From: Bispira polyomma
Lineage: Eukaryota
DNA: 64,000 nt
Reading direction: 5' to 3'
NCBI GenBank assembly: GCA_965649765.1
Contig: OZ287748.1
Span: 11,470,001 to 11,534,000 of the forward strand
Positions within the stretch are counted from its first letter, which is position 1. Every line of letters starts with the position of its first letter. The notes under the pieces are model-generated. The model did not search any database and was not told where the DNA came from. It worked only from the letters and a program-made list of their open reading frames with translations. Positions 54,140-64,000 of the stretch are shown in pieces. Made by a program: the position numbers and the translations under genes.

Positions 54140-54341
54140 CTTTCTCCTGTTCTTTTTTGATGGTCATGTCGACAGCCTTTTCATTTGCCAGTGAGTAGCT
54201 ATGCTCAGACTGCACCTGTGGGTGGGGTTGGAGTGCATCCGAGATCATGCGGTCATTTAACACTGGGTCATCAAAAAATGTGTCCAGCCAGTCCTGGTCC
54301 ATACCACTGTCCAGGCTGAAGTCCATGCTGTTACTGTCATT
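54140..54341 (-). CDS. CREB3L1/2: CREB3L1/2-like exon 2 (acidic activation region)
   Basis: cccacag|AAT...G|gtacaa; 202 nt. Contains FFDDPVL and QSEHSYSL, hallmark OASIS/BBF2H7 motifs. Confidence 0.93.
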
Positions 54342-54439
54342 CTGTGGGAACCACAAGCAAGGAGTATTATTATTAACACCCTAGTGATCCTACTGATTGT
54401 AAGGAGTATCTTTATTAACACCCTTGTGATCCTACTGAT

Positions 54440-54640
54440 ATGTCATCCTCTTAGGCAACGATTGTCTGAAAGGGATAGTCTTAAAATATAGCCTTGGTCG
54501 CCTTTACTGGGCAATGGTCTGTTCACATGTTTCCATATGGATGTTAGTTCCTAATAAACCCAGGGACAATTTGCGGAATTTGAACCGGGGACATTCTCAT
54601 TACCAGACCAACTCCCTAACCACTAGGTTACAGAAGAGCT
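54440..54640 (-). mobile_element. Degenerate tRNA-derived SINE
   Basis: On -, taacctagtggttag (A box) and ggttcaaattcc (B box). Confidence 0.6.
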
Positions 54641-56410
54641 TGAGCAAAGGCCTTCAGGCAAAGAACTTATAATATATGGAGTCCATTATGGACACAAACA
54701 TATCATATAAATCAACATGATAGCAAATGTAAAACTGTCATTTAAAACTCTTGGTAATTAGTAATTTAGTACCATGTAGATGTGTTGCATATAAGTGTCG
54801 GCAGACTTCCAATGATTTCATGCAACAAATGTTTCTGTGTACACAGTTATACATTAATGACAAGGTCGATATTAATCTCTACAACAAAGTTCCATTAGCT
54901 ATAGTTTAATACAACTGGATTTTATTTTCCTTGCATGTCATAACAGGGTATGGATTGTATGATATTTGTGTGCAATAATTACTACAAATGTTTTGGAAAA
55001 CAAAAATTTATTTGTAACTTACTGTTTTCCAATGTTTTTTAGGTATATTTTAGAAATTGAAAACTGTATAATTAAACATGTGACAATTGGGTGGGATTTC
55101 AAATGAAAATGAATTTTAATACAAAGCAAGGGACAATAATGCTTGTTGATGGAAGAATCAATGAGTGTTTAACTTGAGCACAGCAATAGCCAACCTCTAC
55201 CAACCAGCATATATACAAATGTGAAGTTGTAATTAGAGACTCTCATTAACCTTACCCCCTTGGCAAAATTACTAGCAAATCACAAGTGATAGTGCACTAC
55301 TTATCATAAATATCAAATTATACACAGGCCATCATGGTAGCCCATATATACTGTGTTGTAATTATATATACAGTTGTATTCATGTATTATTGCAACAAAC
55401 CTGCATGTTCTAATAGACTTAATACAGAGTTCATTACAGTTCAGGATGAAACTCATCCATACTTAATTCAGTTGATTGTCTATGTATAACCTGCTTTCAC
55501 TCAAAACCATACAATAACAGAAACAAATCGCTTGCATGGATGGTAATTGTATATTGTTAGTATCAAAGCAATTTGTAGCACATACAAATCTTAATTACAT
55601 TTCTGACAACAAAGCAATACTTCTAATTTTTTTACACTCTTTTTCAAGGGAAATTTAAATCAAACTATTGTGTATCGAAAAGTATCTGTTTTAATGGGTA
55701 ATTTTCAAAAAATAATTGAGGCAACTAAATTGACGTAATATACTTTCTGTTTGGAACAATTATATTCACAAGACAATTCTTAGTCAGATTTTCTCATGAA
55801 CTTTATTAACAGGATCTGACACATAATAATCTTATGACCCTGAAATATGTCACAAGACAAAATTGCTATGGTTCGTGTACATTTGTACTTCTGTCTCGCA
55901 TATTTAAAGACACAGTCAGAAGTGCACAGGTTACTTATACAAAAATAACTGTTCTTGATATTTCTATGACACTCAATGATACAAAATACGTTAGATATTT
56001 AAGCATGGCTGCCTATGAAAGGTGCTTTAGTCAATATTATTTACACTAAGCACACATTTCTTCTGTGGCCTGGCTAAGCCTCCACATTGCAAGCAGGTTG
56101 TCATGATGATGTACTGTATATTATTACTATGACCTTGTATATACCCTGTATATGTAGGTACTTATATAGTTTTCAGGTTTAGGGTAACATATGGTGAAAT
56201 AATTTGGGACAAGCTGAGTCTAACATATGATGCTGAGATAGTTTCTATTACATCACAAAAATATAATGCATATGTTTGTCACATTGTTGTGACATTTATT
56301 CTAAGAAAATTCCCCCCTCAATAGACCAAGCCTTACTAATAAATACCATGTGTAACATATGTACTACATTAAATTTATCAACAATTTGTGTGGATGTTTA
56401 TTTTTTCTAG

Positions 56411-56643
56411 ACAGGTTGTCATAAACTTGTCGGATGTCATAAACTTGTCCGTTTTTTTAGAGCTTCTTAAATGCCAGAAAAAAAGGTTAAATTCTTAGTA
56501 ATTTTAAGTAAATATTGTTTCAAATGACATAAATCTGTCTTTCGAACATATTTTATCGTAGCTAACATTTAAGATAAAATTTTTATGAAAGCCTGGAAAA
56601 AGTGGACAAGTTTATGACATCGGACAACTTAATGACAACCTGT
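56411..56643. mobile_element. MITE with 40-bp TIRs
   Basis: acaggttgtcataaacttgtcggatgtcataaacttgtcc / ggacaagtttatgacatcggacaacttaatgacaacctgt. Confidence 0.8.
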
Positions 56644-57806
56644 GTAGTTATAAAACCTCACTGGAAAACACTCTGCATGGTACATATAACATACAGAGTT
56701 GACAGTACTTTGGGATACATTAATCTGGCCCAGTATTTGTACCACCAAGAACAAAAAGTAAGAACTTGTTTTTGTATGACCTACACTATATTTAAATACT
56801 ACACACACCATTATTTGCACCTTTTTGCCCCATATCTACTCCCAGTCTTCAATAAAGTATCAAGAAAGAATGTCAAATTAAAAACTATAAAATCCCACCC
56901 TTCAGGAAACTTGCAAACCTATACAGTAGCTATGGAATACATGTTATTGTATGTTCTTATTTAAAAGACACTCCTCTTCTCTGGCTTAGATAATAAACCC
57001 ATCCCACCCTGGCATTATAGTTTATGGCATCATAGTTTACAAATTCACTAAGTTACATTCAAAATATAGGGACAAGTTTTTGTGGTGGGAGTCCATAACA
57101 GCTGTAAATATTATTCCCGATAGTAGTTTACAGAGCCACATTTGGTGTGGTAAAGTGAAGCATATAGGATTAATGTATTGATTGTTCACCTTTTGCCAGT
57201 GCATGATTTTTCAGTGTCAGTATAACAATTTATGCAGTTCATTTTATTCAACAAGTAAATATACATATTTAATAAACATGGCAGAAAATTCCTCAGAATC
57301 CTGCTTTAATAAATGACTTAATAATCCCCTTAATAATATTAAATTTAAACTTAATTAGTACAATCTGGTATCTACTGTATGTTATCATACTTTAAAATTT
57401 GTTTGACAGCTAGTAATACATATGGTTGACTGTATGTTCTTTTCAACTTTATAAATTTGTTGACAGTATGCAAATACACTGATAAATACACTAAAATATT
57501 AAAATTATTAATCTTAAGAACTTAAACATCTGTTTCAGTGTTAAATTTAAAAGTCCAATATGGATAACACATGATCCATATGGAAAGTTATTTATCAAAG
57601 AAAAATATGCTCAATACAAATCAATTAAAACAGACTTTCTGTCAAAAATACAACTCGAAACAAAATATTACAGTTAATGTACAATTTAGTCATATATCTC
57701 CAACCATATTCTTAGTTCGTGATAATCTTTAAAGTTCTCACATGTTTGACAAGTTCTAGCATATTTCACAACCACATGTTTACATATTACTATATGAGCT
57801 ACTCAC

Positions 57807-57902
57807 ACTTGGGGAGGGCGTGAACAAATCATCATCCAAAAACTGTCCAAAGTTTTGGTTACTAAAATCTGCCAGCTTCTTATCCATACTGAACAGGTCC
57901 AT
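57807..57902 (-). CDS. CREB3L1/2: CREB3L1/CREB3L2-like bZIP, coding exon 1 (missed by ORF track)
   Basis: accATGG start context; MDLFSMDKKLADFSNQNFGQFLDDDLFTPSPS|gtgagt; 96 nt, phase 0. DKKL resembles DRKL at the CREB3L2 N-terminus. Confidence 0.8.
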
Positions 57903-58039
57903 GGTCGGTGGTCCCTTGCCCTGTGTCGGGTCTGGGGTGGTCAGTAATCCAGGAAAGCCGTCCGTTTGTGAAAAAGTCTAGACTGCCTAGTCTTTTCCGT
58001 CTTTGCGGTCCAAAAACCAAGATGTAAAGGGGAGTTCCC

Positions 58040-58390
58040 TGTTATTGACGTAATGAACTGCTCACTCCTTTAATAATGTATTATTCCGCTGACAGGTTAC
58101 ATATAGAGCTAACCGTACAGTGTTATATATACTTTTAAAACATGGCCACAACATCTATTATGAGATTTATTTTATATAATACTCCAAAGTACAGATACTA
58201 GGTGCAAAAATATCCAGAAAGTGTTGGAAAACGTGAAACTAAATCAACATTCTAAATGAGGCATATTACTCATTCTGGCCAGCATTTAACTTACACGTTT
58301 TCTTAAACACGCCGTCAACCAATGGGAATCAAGAGTAGCAGAAACATGAATATTCATTTGGGGAATCTCCACATTTGATTGGTCGATTGC
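58040..58390 (-). promoter_or_regulatory. Candidate CREB3L proximal promoter / 5' leader
   Basis: CRE-like TGACGTAA 58046-58053, TATA-like TATATAA near 58125 on -, CCAAT at 58319, ATTGG near 58378, palindrome ATGAATATTCAT near 58346. No upstream ATG for ~200 nt before the start. Confidence 0.4.
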
Positions 58391-60544
58391 TAATTAATAT
58401 TCTATAGTATTTCCCATTTCGAGGCATGTTTCAGTATTTACAATCATAAACCATGTGTTTTCACACATGCCTTTGAATGGGCGTTCCTTTATCGCTTGAC
58501 ATCTTTTTCATTGGGAATATTCTCTCCTATTGCATCATATCTCAAAGCCTCTGGTAAAAACATGCACACCACAATTGATGACAAGGTTATTACAATTTAG
58601 TCCCTATCTCGTATTTACATTGTATGTAAATATGTGATTTTAGAGGAGTCCATATTGTGTATTTATATTGTGAAAAGCATATATGTGTACATATACAATA
58701 TATACAAACAGCTTTTAAATTAAAGAGGTCTTATTAATTAAGATGTCTCAATTATTAAATTTTTGGCGACTGCATGTCCATGCGTATGTGTACGTTAATT
58801 AACTGTATACAATTTAGTGACATCTAAATCTGAAGTTAAGTGTAATACTCTTCAAAAAAGATTAGTAGACTGATAAAACGAACTGGAACCAAATATTTCT
58901 GATAAATTACAGGTTAAAATCCCCCAATAAATATTTTTAGTGACTCGCATAATGAAATTGTCATGTTTTACCAGGGGATTATATGTACTTTCTACGCACA
59001 TTGTCGGTATGGAAAGTCTGAAAATGTAGCCCTATAATAAATCAGCAAAAGCCTTAGGTGCAACTAAATTCTTTAATCTATTTAAAGTACATCCATCCCA
59101 TGTGAAAGTATCTTATACAAATCTGACCAAAGCTGGAAATAATGTTATAGATTTAATCAAATTTAGGGAATCTTGTGACAGTGAATGTACTGTTTAAGAA
59201 ATTCAGTTCATGAATCCATTTCCAGTGCACATTGTAAATTAATTGTCAAATTTATGTAGTACACTTTAAATTTTTTTTGGTTTTGTTTAAGGTCACTTTT
59301 TTGTTCAGTTTGGAAATACTGAAATTTACTGTTGTGATTACATTGTTTACACAAGTTTTTTTTGTCTGTGCTTGTACTCTTTTTCTATATCATACATTGA
59401 CAAATAACATATAATTATATGTATAAATCTCATATTCTTCTAGCATGTTGTGGTAGTATTTGTGAACACAAATGTTAGAATATAACAACCTTACTCTAGC
59501 ATTACTTGTGTAATTTGCAAAATTCTCTAACCCAAAAATCTTTGTCCCACTACACATGATTATATTCATTATGATATGTATCTAATGCATATCCTATTAC
59601 AATCTATCTGGACTGTTTCTCATATGTCTGTTCTCAGAACCCTATACCTTTCAGTGTATTGTGATGTTTGCCATTTTTTTTAATATACAAAGGAACACCA
59701 AAGGAGACATTGTGGTTCTGATTTCTTATGTATATTGTTAGTCTAGTTGTCTGGGTTTGACTGACTCATAAAGATTTTCTGTTTTAAAATTGATTCAGTT
59801 TGTCTGTTTTAAATTTTTACCATATTTTTCAGCAAGATGGGCTGGCTGACTAGATATGGATATTAGCATTGTCATATTTAGTATTTTAATTATGTATTTA
59901 AAAAAAATTAATATCAAATGTAGGTATGATGAAATTTTTAACAAAAAAATGGTCAAATTTTCAAGGGAGGTAATTAGGAAGTCACTTTAATATGTTTGCA
60001 GTGAAAATGGAAAATCAATGGAGTACTAAAATAAGATTACTAAATTACAGATGTTATCCTCGTAAATATTGTTCTCAACAGTTGGACACAGTGACTTAAA
60101 CTTATCATCTGGCATCTTGTTTACATTCAGGAACTAATATTTTCCAGATGTGAAATAACTCGCATGTAAAATTTTATTGAAAATCACTACATCTCAGCAC
60201 AAGTTTTCCTCACTTGTAAGCCTTTCAAAATTCAATTTCATCATCTGAACAAGCAACTTATAAAATCAATACAACTCCTGTAGTTTTTATTTCATTCCAG
60301 ATGTTGCCAGCTACACAAATAGATTTTTAATTCATCAATACGCAGCAATTTCTTAGTAACTGAGTCTCTGCACAGTCTATTGGAATGCAAATATGAAATT
60401 TATTGCAACAGATTTTAGTTGAACTTCATGGCTCGAAGAGAAATCATTGAGAAAAAAAAACAGTATATGGTTAGGATGTAAGCCAGCACAACAATACTTC
60501 TTGTAAACTGTTGTTGACCTAGAATAATTTAAATTGTGCACAAA

Positions 60545-60800
60545 ATACAGTGACTCTCATGATACTACACAATAATTACCATTACAATACAGTGACTATC
60601 ATAATACAGATCGACTACCATTATAATACAGATCGACTACCATTATAATACAGATTGACTACCATGAAATAAAGAGTGACTACCATCAAAATAAACAGTG
60701 GCTACTATGATAATACAGATTGACTATAATCATATCATAATGCACAAGGACTCCCATGATAATACAGATTGACTCTTACCATATAATATGCCTTGACTAC
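60545..60800. repeat. Degenerate ~22-bp minisatellite
   Basis: gactaccat.ataatacagat variants. Confidence 0.75.
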
Positions 60801-61369
60801 CAAAACACCTTGTCTTCCAAAATCCAAATTAATGGCTATCTGCTTGCCCACCCCAAGTGTACTATCAGGCTATATCAATTTAGTTTAACTAACTTTATTT
60901 TCATAACTTTTCTATATAGCAAAAACATAGGTTGACTAACAAAGAAGAGTTTTGCCATTTTGCTTAAGTAACTGAATGAGGTACAAACTTTAGTGCTTTT
61001 TCATAAACAATATTTTATCTAAACAAAACAATCAGGCAAAATTAAAAAAATTATTATAAAGCCTTCTCACAGGAAGAAATATATATACAAAAGAAGAAAA
61101 AAAAAGAAAAAGAAAAGAATGAGAAGGTGTGTTGTCACTGTAGCAGTTTCAAATGTATTGCTTTCAACAAGTTTTTTTAAATTAATCAGGTTCAAACTGA
61201 TGCAGTAGTGAAAGGTGTTGCAGTTTTATTTCATTCAATACATGGCAGTTACTATGTTTCAATGGGTTTGCTCTCAGTGTTGTTGTCTTCTAGCTGGAAC
61301 TCTGCCTCTGTTGTACAAGCAGTCTCCATTCTATGATTTTTGTACTTGTATTCAATGTATTATGGTAGT

Positions 61370-61950
61370 CTCTGTGGCCTAGCAGTTAGAGTGTCGGACT
61401 TTGGATCTGAGGGTCCCCCGTTTAATCCTCACTGCTGGGCAGACATGGGGCGAATACATGTGAAAAGTATTCGAATACTAATCCCTTTACGAATAGGAAT
61501 ACACTGATTTTAGAAGTATTCAAATATGAATGTGAATACATTTGCAATGTATTGATGAATGCATTCATGAATACTTAAATTTCAAAGAAGGTTTAATTTT
61601 TTCTATTTTAAATTAGAAGCATAGTATTATTAAAGTAAAATTGATGGTCTTCAAAACATTTATTCCAAATAACCATTGACATTAATTTGCATTAATTTGA
61701 TGGCCTGGTGATTGTACCCTTGGACAAGGTACATTACACGAAGTTGTCCCTCTCTACCCAGGTGTATAAATGGGTATCTGGCCACTAATGGGCGTTGGTC
61801 TTTGTGAGCCCTATGTGGTAGCATGGCTAATATGCTTCCTGAGGGAGCTGAGACAGAACAATTGGTTTACAAGTGGAACAACTCAGGCTGGGATAATAAT
61901 GTCAAAGCGCATTAGACAACAGTGATGTTCATAATGCGCTATATCAAATA
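61370..61950 (+). mobile_element. tRNA-derived SINE with CORE-like body and L2-like tail, split by an insertion (~61445-61700)
   Basis: tggcctagcagttaga head; cccttggacaagg..acccaggtgtataaatgggt body; aagcgc..gcgctatat tail; insert rich in gaatac/gtattc. Confidence 0.65.
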
Positions 61951-62457
61951 AACAAAACATTCCAGAACATTTCGAAATATTTGTCTTCTATTTAGGCACG
62001 TTTAGCAACTGAGTACACTATGAAATTTTCCTTTAAAGTAATGGATGGAGATTTCATCCATTGTAATTTCCCACAATGAGGCGAGTTATCCCTTCTATAG
62101 GTATGCTACAAACACAGCTTTACCGTCTCGCGTGTTTTAACGAAGTGCTCAGTGCAACTGGACTTTACTGCTACCAGTTACATTTTATTTCTGATTTGTA
62201 AAATGGTGACAAGTATGTTGGTGAAAATTGTCATTTTTAAAGCAATTTTTACCTTAGATTAAAATTGTCATATTTGAAGCAAATTTTAACTTAATTAAGC
62301 AGTAATAGTACTTAGTAATTGTAATTATTAGAAAGACCTAGGTTTCTGTATTTTACAAAACTTGGGGGCAGTCCCTGAACATCTTCTTCAAATTTTGAGA
62401 TAGTCCTTGTGCTGTCATATTTGTACTAGCAATCAGGAAGGTCTTGGTCAACTCATG

Positions 62458-62682
62458 ATGCCATTGGTAAATTGGGAGGGCAAAAGTAAATCAAGATGAC
62501 ATTGGTAAAATGAAAATGGCATTGGTAAAATCAGGAAGGCATTGGTAAAATCAGGAAGGCATTGGTAAAATGAAAAAGGCATTGGTAAAATCAGGAAGGT
62601 ATTGGCATAATCAAGATGGCATTGGCAAAATGTAGATAGCATTGATAATATCTGGAAGGCCTTGTTAAATCAGGATAGCATC
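62458..62682. repeat. 20-bp minisatellite, ~10 copies
   Basis: ggcattggtaaaatcaggaa repeated. Confidence 0.9.
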
Positions 62683-64000
62683 AGTATTGGTGGGGACCAA
62701 TGCTGCAGCACTGTAAACCACCGACCACCAACCTATGGTCAAGCGGAATTTAAATGGAATTTAAATGGGGAAAAATATCCAAAGTATGCTACACTTTTTA
62801 ATTGGACATTCTAGTATATAATACAATGTGCTAACTTCCCAACAATTAAAAAAAACAACAAGACACATTACTTCCAAAACAGTTTATTTCTAAAAACAGC
62901 TAAATTTCATTTTTTTTTTTCATTTAAAAATGCTTTAAGTTAAAATTCATTAGATTTTCAAACACAAAATTAAATTTGTAAAATAGTAACTGAGATAAAC
63001 CTGCAATAAAATGTACATAAAAAATTTTCCTGTTAGAATTTCTACTGTTAGATTTATTTCAAACGTAAAGATATTCAACAATACTGGAATGTAAATTCTG
63101 CTGAACCTTAAATTACAATTTAAAAAAAAAATACATACTAATTTAATATCACATTTAGTCATTACTGTCTCTTACACTTCCTTTGCAGTTACTTAAAAAA
63201 AACAACAGCACAGTATTCATTTTGTTTTTTAAATTTTGTACAGAAAACAATAGCGTTTCTAAGAGATGATATATTTTCACACACAAGGTGTGTACATAGA
63301 GGGAAATATGAAGAGACAACAGCTGTGACTCTCTTGGTATTATACCTTTCTCAAACCGTCTGTATACTGCTACTCTGACGTCAATTCAAGCGCGATGAAA
63401 AATTGGAATTTTAACATAAGTAGCAGCAATGAGAGAATTTATGTTGAAAAAATTTCATAATCATAAAAGCACTACTAATGGTGATAACACTATAGATTTT
63501 TTGTTTCACTGACTTCCATATTTAGCCCGAAAATGTCTCGAATGAACGGCTAATTTGTTTAGGGCTCTTTGGGTAATAGAGCTCTCTAAAAGGTACAAAG
63601 GTAAAAATTGTAGTAAAGGCATATTGAATGTTTAAATTTCTATTTACAATCTTTGTATCAAATCTTGTATTAGCTTTACATTTTCAGCATTACTTTTTGT
63701 AAGTGTCCAAAGGGGAGTATAATTGTAAAATAAACAAAACATAACTTCACATATAAAACAAGGTAATAACAGAATAAAAACAACCACATAAATATAACAT
63801 AACAAGTGATATTTCACAGACAAGATACTACTTCATCACAAGTTGCTTGTACAATAATAGTTAAGGTATGACTTTTCAAGTTTGGCTAAACATATTAACC
63901 TCAGTAATGGCAGATGTTACTGTAAACTTACATTTTACTTTCAAAATTTACATAAACTATTTTTATCTTTTTTTTTTCAAAAACTCAATAGGATTTTACA

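Noticed and set aside
62800-64000. Possible 3' UTR of a further minus-strand gene
   Set aside because: Only compositional skew and a chance-level polyA hexamer; no coding evidence in the window.

Overview
AT-rich animal genomic DNA with spliceosomal introns; an invertebrate, plausibly a lophotrochozoan such as a mollusc, judged only from the repeat types. It holds two convergent intron-rich genes. (1) On the + strand are the last coding exons of an acid lipase (LIPA/LIPF family): 6840-6911, 8532-8618, and a terminal catalytic-His exon present twice in tandem (19089-19232 and 19875-20054). (2) On the - strand is a complete 10-exon CREB3L1/CREB3L2 (OASIS/BBF2H7, CrebA-related) ER-membrane bZIP gene, ATG 57902 to stop 32998. 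Its CDS is 2019 nt (672 aa), and all introns are GT-AG with consistent phases. The rest is non-autonomous DNA transposons (Harbinger-like MITEs, a pogo/Tigger remnant, an IS3EU-like element, Helentron-associated HINEs), tRNA-derived SINEs and many minisatellites. Two observations stand out. First, the duplicated lipase catalytic exon shows a synonymous-biased substitution pattern. Second, a ~2 kb minisatellite was amplified from the 3' splice site of the CREB3L exon encoding the site-1-protease motif, placing ~40 acceptor-like copies upstream of the real one. Most ORFs in the supplied track are spurious. No prokaryotic-type system is present.
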